Positions 10,417 to 18,685 of a stretch of 64,000 bases of DNA are shown in pieces. The stretch comes from Marinosulfonomonas sp. Its GTDB lineage: Bacteria; Pseudomonadota; Alphaproteobacteria; Rhodobacterales; Rhodobacteraceae. Under the pieces are notes generated by a model. That model was not told where the DNA came from and did no database searches. It worked only from the letters and a program-made list of their open reading frames with translations. Numbering within the stretch: the first letter of the stretch is position 1; every line of letters begins with the position of its first letter. The position numbers and the translations under genes were made by a program. The stretch lies in assembly GCA_015488685.1 (NCBI GenBank), contig WFNH01000034.1, positions 15,190 through 79,189 on the forward strand, written 5' to 3'.

Positions 10417-11550
10417 TCAGCTGATTTCCATATCTATTGGCGTGGCTGCCATTGGCATTTCGCCAATATCAACGATTGGCAAGTCATCCATCGGCGCCAT
10501 GGGCAAATCCGGCAACCCGTCCATACCCATTGCAGGCACGGGTGAATCTTGCTCAACTTCCCCATCCGGCTGTGCAATGTTTTCCGGCGCTCCCATCACC
10601 GGGTCGGGCATTGCATCCGGCGTTATGTTCACCATTCCGTTTCCAACCCCGCTATCCTGCCCCCCGGCAGCCACATCCGCCCCCGCATCATCCATAACCC
10701 GCAGCGCCTTGAACCCGTTTTGCTGTCCCAGCCGCGCCAACCCGACAAGTCGCCCGTCTGCCCCTTCCAGCCGCACCGCGCCTATCGCGCTTTGCGGCAC
10801 CGGCAGCAAATCACCGGCCTTGAACGCCCTTGCGGTTGCCAATGGCACATGCGTCCGATGCAGCACGGCCAACAGTTCGACATGGCTCGCCTGAACCGTT
10901 TGCTGCAGCATCTGCGCCCAACTGCACCCGCCCTTAGCACAGCTATTTCTTTGCACGCAGCCATCCGCAGGCAGCGCCAACAGCAGTTCCCCCTGTTTCG
11001 CCCCGTCCGCCATATCCAGCGCAATGCGAAACAGCCGATAATCCATTTCGTCGATCCGCAAGCCCAGCAGTCGCACATTTTCAACCCACTCGCCAAACTG
11101 GAACCCCACCGCCCAGCGTTCCGCGGAACTGCCCGCCAAATGGCCTTCGAATTCCTCCAAGACCCGCGCTAACAGCGGTTCGCACATCGCACTGTCTGTT
11201 GCCGTTGCCTGTCGCTGTGTGGCGGGTGATTTCAACACCTGCCCCATGGTCTGCACCTCGATCAGCGCGGCCAGTGCCTGAATATCCAGCGCCGCAACGC
11301 CAAGCCCCCCTTGCGGCCCCTCCAGCAACAACAGCAATAGATCATCCGACAATACCTCCAGTAGCCCCGGCTGGTTGACCCGCGATTCCGCCACGCCCTG
11401 CACCCGCAGCGCCAGCGACAGTTCCTCCTGCGCCGCCTTTGACAGGGCCAGCCGCAGCGCCTTGGCCGGTGTCATCCCCGCCGATTCACTTTCACCACGG
11501 CCTGCCCCGGCCTTGCGTTGTAACGTGGTAAGCTGTGTTGTTTCGCCCAT
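10417..11550 (-). CDS. FliM/FliN-like protein (FliM-type middle region + SpoA/FliN-type C-terminal domain) with Met/Pro/Asp-rich tail
   Basis: 377 aa. The middle region ('..DSAMCEPLLARVLEEFEGHLAG..WAVGFQFGEWVENVRLLGLRIDEMDYRLFRIALDMADGAKQGELLLALP') follows the FliM pattern. 'LAVLHRTHVPLATARAFKAGDLLPVPQSAIGAVRLEGADGRLVGLARLGQQNGFKALRV' follows the FliN/SpoA pattern. The canonical N-terminal CheY-binding LSQxEIDALL peptide is absent. Recognised by eye, not by HMM. Confidence 0.68.
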   Translation of the reverse strand: MGETTQLTTLQRKAGAGRGESESAGMTPAKALRLALSKAAQEELSLALRVQGVAESRVNQPGLLEVLSDDLLLLLLEGPQGGLGVAALDIQALAALIEVQTMGQVLKSPATQRQATATDSAMCEPLLARVLEEFEGHLAGSSAERWAVGFQFGEWVENVRLLGLRIDEMDYRLFRIALDMADGAKQGELLLALPADGCVQRNSCAKGGCSWAQMLQQTVQASHVELLAVLHRTHVPLATARAFKAGDLLPVPQSAIGAVRLEGADGRLVGLARLGQQNGFKALRVMDDAGADVAAGGQDSGVGNGMVNITPDAMPDPVMGAPENIAQPDGEVEQDSPVPAMGMDGLPDLPMAPMDDLPIVDIGEMPMAATPIDMEIS

Positions 11551-11592
11551 ATTGTCCCGTCCGGCCCGAGTATTGGCCCGACCTTAGCGGAC

Positions 11593-14280
11593 TTATGGTT
11601 TAGATTTGGTTGACGACGCACCATTCACTGCCAATGTCACCCGAAATGCCGCCCCGCCCTGCCCCGGCAGGTAAATCACGCTGCCGCCAAGGTTCGCCAT
11701 AATCTCGCGACTGATCGCCAACCCCAGGCCGGCACCACCCGCCGCCCGCTGATCGCCAAGCCGCGAGAATTTCTCGAATATCAGTGGCTGGCTTTTGGCA
11801 GGAATCCCAGTTCCATTGTCAACAAAATCCACCTCGACATTGCCGCCATTGCGTCGCACCCTGATCCGCAGTTCCGGCTGTTCGGCGTCACAGTATTTGC
11901 AAGCATTGGCAATCAAGTTGATGAACACCTGCGACAGACGGTCCGGATCGGTCAGCAGAGCCACCTGTTCCCGCGCGGGATCACGGTGGATTGTCAGGCA
12001 GCCATCCCCACCGGCCGAGGTGACCGACCGTTCAATAATATCCTGCAAATCAGCCGTTTGCATGTTCATTTCCACCTGTCCGCTTTCCAGCACACTTAGA
12101 TCCAGCAAATCATCCAGCAGGCGAGTCAGGCGGATGGTTTCATCATGGATGATCAACGCATATTTTGCCCGTTCTTCCGCCGTCATTCCGCCTTCGCGCA
12201 TGATTTCCGAAAACGCCCGGATCGAGGTCATGGGCGTGCGCAATTCATGGCTGATCTGGCTAAGGAATGCATCCTTTTGCACCGACAGATCGGTCAGCTT
12301 TTCGTTTACCACACGCAGTTGCCGCGCGGTGCGCTCCAGTTCGGCTGATTTGGCCTCCAGCTGGCTGGAATACTCCATCATCTGCGCGGTTTCATCCGCC
12401 ACCGCCATCAGATCTCCGACCGAGACACTGGCCCCGCCAACAATCTGCCCGATCATCGCATGGCCCGTTGCGGCCCCCACCGAACCCGCCAGTTCGCGTT
12501 CCAGCCGTTGCAGGAAATCGGGCGACGTATCGGGCAAATACCCCGCCTTGCCCTGCCTTGCCGCTTCGCGGGAAAACAGGCCTTGCGCCTGTTCAGGCCC
12601 CAGTATCCGCTGCGCCATCACCAGCAGGTCCTCGGCCTCAGCCATGCCGCTGACCCAGCCCTGCGCGTTCGGGTTATGGTCGAACACATTGACGAATTGT
12701 GCACCTTGCAAACGTTCCTGCGGGCGCGGGAAACTGGCCAGCGAGACGGAGCAAAAGGCGATGGTATTCAGGGTCAGGCTCCAGAACAACGCGTGTACCA
12801 GCGGGTCCATGCCGCTAACGCCAAACAGGGCCTGCGGTCGCAACCAACCGATGCCGAATGGCCCCTGTGTCAACAATTCTGCCGACAGGATAAATGACCC
12901 CTCGAAGCTGGGCAAAAACAGCGTATAGGCCCACAGGCCGAAACCCGTGATCAACCCCACCGCCGCCCCGGCCCGCGTGGCCCCGCGCCAGAAAATTCCG
13001 CCCAGAAGTGCTGGCAAAAACTGGGCCACCCCGACAAAGGAAATCAACCCGATCGCCGCCAGCGCCGCCCCGCCACCCGACACGCGGTAATAGGCATAGC
13101 CTAGCGCCAAAATGCCCGCGATCGACACCCGCCGCGCGGTCAAAACCACTTGGCGCACGTCACCCGAAACCGTTGCCCCCTGCCGCGCCACGCTTAACCA
13201 GATCGGCATTACGATGTGGTTCGACACCATGGTGGACAGTGCAATCGCCGCCACGATCACCATCGAGGTTGCACTGGAAAACCCGCCAAGGAACGACAGC
13301 ATCGCCAACCCCTCGCGCCCCTGTGACAGCGGCACGGTCAGCACGAACAGGTCGGGGTTGGAACCGGCGGGCATCAGATCCAGCCCGACCACGGCAATCG
13401 GCACCACAAACAGGCTCATCAGCATCAGATACAGCGGAAAGGCCCAGCTTGCGGTGGACAAGTGGCGCTCATCCGCGTTTTCCACCACCATCACCTGAAA
13501 CATCCGCGGCAAGGTCAGGAAGGCCACCGCCGACAGAAAAATCAGGCTGACCCAGCGGCCCGGTTTCAACTCCCACCCCGCAATCGGGGATGCATCAATC
13601 CGCGCCAGAATATCACCGGCCCCGTCCGCTACGCCCCAAACCACGAACACGCCAACGGCCAGCAGGGCAAACAGCTTCATCACCGCCTCGACCGCAATCG
13701 CGGTGACCACGCCGTAGTGGCGCTCGTTTGCGTCCAGATTGCGGGTGCCGAACAGCACGGTAAACAACGCCAAACCGGCCGCAACCCACAGCGCCGTTGC
13801 ATTCAGATCGGACGCGGCCCAACCGCCCGAGCGGCCCGCGAACACCGCAAACGACAGGGTGACGGACTGCAGTTGCAACGCGATATAGGGCGTTGTGCCA
13901 ATCACCGCCATCAGGGTGACAATCACCCCCAGCAGGTTCGATTTGCCATAACGCGATGAAATCAGATCAGCGATCGAGGTAATCCTCTGGCTGCGCCCGA
14001 TCCGCACCAGTTTGCGCAATATCCACCACCAGCCGACCATCACCAGTGTCGGCCCCAGATAGATGGTCAGAAATTCCAGCCCTGATCGCGCCGCATAGCC
14101 CACCGCGCCGTAAAACGTCCATGCGGTGCAATAGATCGACAGGCTAAGCGTATAAACCAGCGGCGAGCGCAGCCAGCCGAATTTGCCCTGTCGCGCCCGC
14201 CGGTCCGCGGCAAAGGCAATCAGGAACAGCGCCACCACATAGGCCAGACAAACCGCAATCAGGGTGTTGAAGGACAGCAT
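11593..14280 (-). CDS. Sensor histidine kinase fused to an N-terminal sodium:solute symporter (SSS/SLC5) domain
   Basis: 895 aa. About 500 aa of polytopic SSS-like membrane domain. Then a linker/STAC-like region, H-box 'SHELRTPMTSIRAF', N-box 'FINLIANACKY', G1 'VDNGTGIP' and G2 'GGAGLGLAISREIM'. No receiver domain. Confidence 0.9.
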   Translation of the reverse strand: MLSFNTLIAVCLAYVVALFLIAFAADRRARQGKFGWLRSPLVYTLSLSIYCTAWTFYGAVGYAARSGLEFLTIYLGPTLVMVGWWWILRKLVRIGRSQRITSIADLISSRYGKSNLLGVIVTLMAVIGTTPYIALQLQSVTLSFAVFAGRSGGWAASDLNATALWVAAGLALFTVLFGTRNLDANERHYGVVTAIAVEAVMKLFALLAVGVFVVWGVADGAGDILARIDASPIAGWELKPGRWVSLIFLSAVAFLTLPRMFQVMVVENADERHLSTASWAFPLYLMLMSLFVVPIAVVGLDLMPAGSNPDLFVLTVPLSQGREGLAMLSFLGGFSSATSMVIVAAIALSTMVSNHIVMPIWLSVARQGATVSGDVRQVVLTARRVSIAGILALGYAYYRVSGGGAALAAIGLISFVGVAQFLPALLGGIFWRGATRAGAAVGLITGFGLWAYTLFLPSFEGSFILSAELLTQGPFGIGWLRPQALFGVSGMDPLVHALFWSLTLNTIAFCSVSLASFPRPQERLQGAQFVNVFDHNPNAQGWVSGMAEAEDLLVMAQRILGPEQAQGLFSREAARQGKAGYLPDTSPDFLQRLERELAGSVGAATGHAMIGQIVGGASVSVGDLMAVADETAQMMEYSSQLEAKSAELERTARQLRVVNEKLTDLSVQKDAFLSQISHELRTPMTSIRAFSEIMREGGMTAEERAKYALIIHDETIRLTRLLDDLLDLSVLESGQVEMNMQTADLQDIIERSVTSAGGDGCLTIHRDPAREQVALLTDPDRLSQVFINLIANACKYCDAEQPELRIRVRRNGGNVEVDFVDNGTGIPAKSQPLIFEKFSRLGDQRAAGGAGLGLAISREIMANLGGSVIYLPGQGGAAFRVTLAVNGASSTKSKP

Positions 14281-14537
14281 CAGTCCGGCGTGCCCTGCTG
14301 TGCATCAATCCGGCGAAGACGCCGCGCCAGCAGCATTGCCACCGCAATCAGCACCACCCAGACGCCAAACAGATAGATAACCCCGACCGAGGTAAACCGC
14401 CCCCCTTCGCCGCCCCACAGGATCGGCAGGCACAGCGCAAGAAATCCAAGGATCGGCAACAGGCGGGCGGCATCGGTGGTGCGGCGCTGACGGTAACTCT
14501 CGCGCTCTAAAAACAACGGCTGGCGGCGCTCGCTCAC
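14280..14537 (-). CDS. Small 2-TM membrane protein coupled to the symporter-kinase
   Basis: 85 aa. The GTG start overlaps the receiver gene stop (GTGA). Its own TGA overlaps the kinase ATG (TGATG). Two hydrophobic helices flank a Gly-rich turn ('ILWGGEGGRF'). Confidence 0.6.
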   Translation of the reverse strand: MSERRQPLFLERESYRQRRTTDAARLLPILGFLALCLPILWGGEGGRFTSVGVIYLFGVWVVLIAVAMLLARRLRRIDAQQGTPD

Positions 14538-14902
14538 GCTTGCACCAGCTCGTGAATGGCGGCCAGCACTTCTTTGTTGGAAAAGGGTTTGGTCATGAAC
14601 CGGCTGGCGCCCAGCCGTTCGGCCATCTCGCGATCCTTGGTCTGGCCACGTGCGGTCAGCATCAGCACCGGCAAATTCTGCCCGTCATCCGCACCGCGCA
14701 AGTCCTGCAAAATATCATAGCCCGAGCGCCCGGGCAGCATCACATCCAGAATAACCACATCCGGCGCATGACGCAGAATCGCCTCTAGCGCCGTGGTCCC
14801 CTCGGCATGGGTCGCCACAGTCCAGCCATCGCGTTTCAGTATAAAACTGATTGCCTCGATGATGTTCGGCTCATCTTCGATCAGAAGAACTTTTTTGCCC
14901 AC
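14534..14902 (-). CDS. Single-domain response regulator (CheY-like receiver, no output domain)
   Basis: 122 aa. 'VLLIEDEP', phospho-acceptor context 'VVILDVMLPG', 'LMLTARG', 'FMTKPF'. GTG start with GGAGG 8 nt upstream. Confidence 0.9.
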   Translation of the reverse strand: MGKKVLLIEDEPNIIEAISFILKRDGWTVATHAEGTTALEAILRHAPDVVILDVMLPGRSGYDILQDLRGADDGQNLPVLMLTARGQTKDREMAERLGASRFMTKPFSNKEVLAAIHELVQA

Positions 14903-15085
14903 CTGTCAGCCTCCCCCCGTTGGTCCAATGACAGCTTGGCCATGTTGGCGCTGTGGCACTATCCATAAACTGGGGCGCTGTGTCAAAACTTCCTTGCAGA
15001 TGTGCCAAAGAATTAACAGTTCGACACTCATCGTATCTTTGGCCGCACAAAGTGGGCTACACATGCCACAAACCTTACACAGGAT

Positions 15086-15991
15086 ATGAGAATGCCCGCA
15101 AAAACACCAAAACTCTGGATCGAAGGTGCATTTTTGGCGCTGCTCGCATTATTGTGGGGGTCTAGCTATCTGTTCATTAAAGTTGCTGTGGCCGATATTC
15201 CCCCGGTTACGCTGATTGCCATGCGCGTGACCATCGCCGCAATATTTCTATTGCTTGTGGTTTATGTGCGGGGTGACCACCTGCCTCGGGACGTTCGCAT
15301 ATGGAAAATGCTGTTTGTTCAAGCCGTGTTCAACAGCATTGGCGCGTGGACCATCCTTGCGTGGGGTCAACAGTATGTCGATAGCGGTCTGGCCAGTGTA
15401 TTAAACTCTACTGCCCCTATATTCGTGTTTTTCATCACCCTGTTCATCACCCGCCATGAAGCTGTCAGCCCGTTAAAACTTGGCGGTGCAATGCTTGGTC
15501 TGGTCGGTGTCGCCCTGATTGTTGGCACAGAGGCGCTCGGAGGTATTGGCAGCCAGCTTGCAGGCGCGCTTGCGGCTCTTACAGGAGCGTTGCTTTATGC
15601 CTGCGCCGCAATCTACGGCAAGAATTTCGCCCGGATGTCGCCCGCCGTAACATCGGCTGGAACAATGATCTGGGCCACCGTCTGCCTCGTGCCGCTTTCC
15701 TTGGCGATTGATAAGCCATGGACATTGCAACCCGCATCCAACGCCGTTATCGCCGCCCTTATCCTTGCTGTTTTCTGTACGGGTGGTGCATTACTGATCT
15801 ACTTTCGGCTGCTTCAAACCCTTGGCTCGCTTGGCACCACCAGCCAAGCCTATCTGCGGGCCGGTGTTGGCGTAGCGTTGGGTATGATTTTTCTGGGCGA
15901 ACAAATCTCCCTGATGGTTGGAATTGGTCTGATGGCCGCGATACTTGGTGTGATCGCTATAAATTTTCCTGCGCTAAACAGACATGGCTAA
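15086..15991 (+). CDS. DMT (EamA-type) family transporter
   Basis: 301 aa with 10 predicted TM helices in two EamA-like repeats ('LLWGSSYLFIKVAV..'). Confidence 0.85.
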   Translation: MRMPAKTPKLWIEGAFLALLALLWGSSYLFIKVAVADIPPVTLIAMRVTIAAIFLLLVVYVRGDHLPRDVRIWKMLFVQAVFNSIGAWTILAWGQQYVDSGLASVLNSTAPIFVFFITLFITRHEAVSPLKLGGAMLGLVGVALIVGTEALGGIGSQLAGALAALTGALLYACAAIYGKNFARMSPAVTSAGTMIWATVCLVPLSLAIDKPWTLQPASNAVIAALILAVFCTGGALLIYFRLLQTLGSLGTTSQAYLRAGVGVALGMIFLGEQISLMVGIGLMAAILGVIAINFPALNRHG

Positions 15992-16018
15992 CCTCAGATC
16001 AACCTCGCGTGAACCGCT

Positions 16019-16579
16019 TCAGTCGGCAGTAACATCCCCCAGAATTTGGTAGGCCCATATATTAGCGGTTGGCATTACAGATATAGGCAACGCATTGCTT
16101 GGCAACCGCATCGGCGGATCCATTGAAACAAATTCCTGCGCCGCTATCCATAATCCCCCATGCGTGACAATCAAAGTATTGGGGCCAAGGTTGATAGCAT
16201 TCTGCATTGCATTCCAAACCCGCGCACAAAAATCCTGAAAGGTTTCACCATTGGGCGGGGTGTACTTCCCACTCCAGTAATGCGGAATCCAGTCGCCATA
16301 GGATTCGCCCTGATGATCCCCCAGATGGCACTCCATCAGATCATCGTCATAACTCACCTCCAGCCCGGTTTTGGCGGCGACGGCCTCGGCTGTGTGTCTG
16401 GTCCGCGACAAAGGACTGGCAATGATCCGCGCGATCGGCTCGTCCGCCAGTATCCGCGCTGCTGTCTCGGCTTGGGCGCGTCCGGTGTCATTCAACTGCG
16501 AATCCATCTGCCCCTGAACAATCTTGTCTTTGTTCCACTGGGTTTGACCATGTCTGAGAAAGTAAAACGGCTGGCTCAT
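16019..16579 (-). CDS. Histidine phosphatase family protein (phosphoglycerate-mutase-like)
   Basis: 186 aa. Catalytic 'FLRHGQTQWN' RHG motif, 'SPLSRTRHTAE', and a C-terminal 'VTHGG' histidine. Confidence 0.87.
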   Translation of the reverse strand: MSQPFYFLRHGQTQWNKDKIVQGQMDSQLNDTGRAQAETAARILADEPIARIIASPLSRTRHTAEAVAAKTGLEVSYDDDLMECHLGDHQGESYGDWIPHYWSGKYTPPNGETFQDFCARVWNAMQNAINLGPNTLIVTHGGLWIAAQEFVSMDPPMRLPSNALPISVMPTANIWAYQILGDVTAD

Positions 16580-16686
16580 GTTTTTTCGGTATCCAAATTA
16601 TATTGCGGGCCTAATTACCCCAATAGTTCCGCAATAGCCCAAATGCGCGCCTGTTTCAAAGAACCATGCAAATCGCCAGATCATAT

Positions 16687-17094
16687 TCACCCTTTTGGCG
16701 CGGTGAACCGTTCCAGAAACAAGGTACCGGTGACACCCCAGAACGCGCCGAAAAACAGAGTCCAAATTGGCGTGCCCATGCCCAGATCAAGCCCCAGAAA
16801 CCCTTTGTCCTTAACATATGGCAACACATACAGAATACTGGACAGCCATGGCAAAATGCCCAGAACGACCACCTTCAGAACCGGTTTGCTGTTATAAATC
16901 GGGATCAGAAAGATCAGCCCCCAGACAGCGCTAAACACCACACGGCTGGTAATCCAGCCGATGCTGAAATCCGGCACCATATGAAAGCCCAGCGCCGGCG
17001 TAACCCCCAGCGCGCCCAGCAACCAAACCAGAATACCACTGCTTAACCCGCCCAGCGCGCCTGCAATCAGAACCAGCACAAGTGTTTTGACCAT
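16687..17094 (-). CDS. Membrane protein, hypothetical
   Basis: 135 aa with four hydrophobic segments and an ATG start. I recognise no domain. Confidence 0.6.
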   Translation of the reverse strand: MVKTLVLVLIAGALGGLSSGILVWLLGALGVTPALGFHMVPDFSIGWITSRVVFSAVWGLIFLIPIYNSKPVLKVVVLGILPWLSSILYVLPYVKDKGFLGLDLGMGTPIWTLFFGAFWGVTGTLFLERFTAPKG

Positions 17095-17196
17095 CGTCTT
17101 CCCCTAAATCTTTGTTCCCGTAAATATCCGCGCCGCAGGCACGCCCCGCAGGGGCAAATATTAGTGCGGCCCGGCACGGGCCTCCGCTAAACAGCC

Positions 17197-18453
17197 TTAC
17201 CCCTCTTGCGCCAAAATAGATACCTCGCGACGTGCCGCACAATCGGAACGCGGGCAAATCCGGCAGGACGTGCCCACCGGCTGACCGCCCCCGCCCAAAT
17301 CCCCCGCGCGGGTTTCAGGAATCACCAGCATCACCGCCTCGATAATCTGCACCCCGTCAAAACCCGTCAAAACCCGTGGCTGCGCCACCGCGTAGGTCAA
17401 GAACCGTGGCGCATCCCGTCCCGATTGCTGCACCACCGCGCGGATCGGCACCTGCGGGCGCAATAATGCTTGATAAAGCGGCCACAACGGGCAGGCCGCA
17501 CCGAACTGCGGCATCGGGAACCCCTCAACGGGTTTGCGAAACAGCAACGCACCGGAGGCGTCACAGGTCACCAGACCTACCCCCGCCTGCCCGTCAGCAT
17601 CCGGCAAACTGGCCAACCGGCGCAATACCGTTGCCAGATCGACCCCGAACTTTGCTGCCAGGTGCACCGGATCCAGCCCCTCGCCCACCGCCACCTGAAA
17701 CGGGGCCAAAGGCAAAGCCACCGCATCCGCCCGATAGCGCGCCAGATACTCGGCCACAGCTCCATCCGCCGTCACTTCCTGCCCCGCTTCGACCTCGGGC
17801 AAATGATAACCCCGCGCCTGCAGATAGGATTCCAGTTCCTCTTGTGGTGAACTCAATGTGCCCTCCACATCCCCCGCCCCGTCCAGATAGGACACCAGCA
17901 CACCGGCCCCCTCGGCCAGCCGCTTGGCATCCTCTAACAGATTGCGCTGGAACCGCGCCTGCCATTCCGGCTCGACCGCATCGCCTTCGGCCAGGATCGA
18001 GGCGGTGGACCGGATGGCGGCCGCAGTTGACAAAACCTCGTGCAGGGATGTGGACAGAAACGGATCATGGGCCAGACGGTCGGTCAGCGTGGCCACCGTA
18101 TGCTCCAGCCGATTGATCCGCGCGTGCTGTGTTGCCATCACCCCAGCCCAGCCCGGAAACCGCCCTGCAAAATCGTCAACCTGCGCCAGTTCCGCACCTT
18201 CAATCTGGCTTGCGGCATCGCGTAATGTGGCCACCAACGCCGCCTCGGCCCCTTCTGACAGGGCGGATGGCTCAACCCGCAATTCCCGCGCCAGATCCAG
18301 CAGCAGTTTACCGCCGATTCTGCGCTTGTTGTGTTCGATCAAATTCAGATAGGCGGGTGAAATCCCCACCTTTTTTGCCAATTCGGCCTGCTTTTGACCA
18401 ATTTCCATCCGTTTGGCACGTATACGGTTGCCAGTTAATGCAAGACGCGGCAT
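17197..18453 (-). CDS. XRE-family regulator of the ScfR/PrpR/RamB type (HTH + ImmA/IrrE-like + DUF2083)
   Basis: 418 aa. N-terminal HTH 'GNRIRAKRMEIGQKQAELAKKVGISPAYLNLIEHNKRRIGGKLL'. C-terminal Cys cluster 'CRICPRSDCAARR', typical of the DUF2083 end of short-chain fatty acyl-CoA regulators. Confidence 0.8.
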   Translation of the reverse strand: MPRLALTGNRIRAKRMEIGQKQAELAKKVGISPAYLNLIEHNKRRIGGKLLLDLARELRVEPSALSEGAEAALVATLRDAASQIEGAELAQVDDFAGRFPGWAGVMATQHARINRLEHTVATLTDRLAHDPFLSTSLHEVLSTAAAIRSTASILAEGDAVEPEWQARFQRNLLEDAKRLAEGAGVLVSYLDGAGDVEGTLSSPQEELESYLQARGYHLPEVEAGQEVTADGAVAEYLARYRADAVALPLAPFQVAVGEGLDPVHLAAKFGVDLATVLRRLASLPDADGQAGVGLVTCDASGALLFRKPVEGFPMPQFGAACPLWPLYQALLRPQVPIRAVVQQSGRDAPRFLTYAVAQPRVLTGFDGVQIIEAVMLVIPETRAGDLGGGGQPVGTSCRICPRSDCAARREVSILAQEG

Positions 18454-18685
18454 CTTTATTTTCCCTGTTTCTCAATGGGTTCATTAGCAGGCATGATAAT
18501 TTTTTTACAATATACCACTATAGTCTGTGTATTTATTTACAATTTTATTGAGCAATTCAAGGTAGTTGTTGCGAGATTAACCCCTTGTCGTCGATGATGC
18601 GGGCATCCTTGTAAAAAAGGTCTTGTCTGCACGGAGGAGGTGCGGGCGCTAACTCGGGATTAAACTCGATAACGGGAGGAACTAA

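Noticed and set aside
11551-11592. Possible terminator between the histidine kinase and the FliM-like gene.
   Set aside because: Only a 5-bp GTCCG/CGGAC pairing with a 23-nt loop, plus a direct (not inverted) TCGGGCC repeat, and no U-tract. Not a credible terminator, though this does not prove co-transcription.
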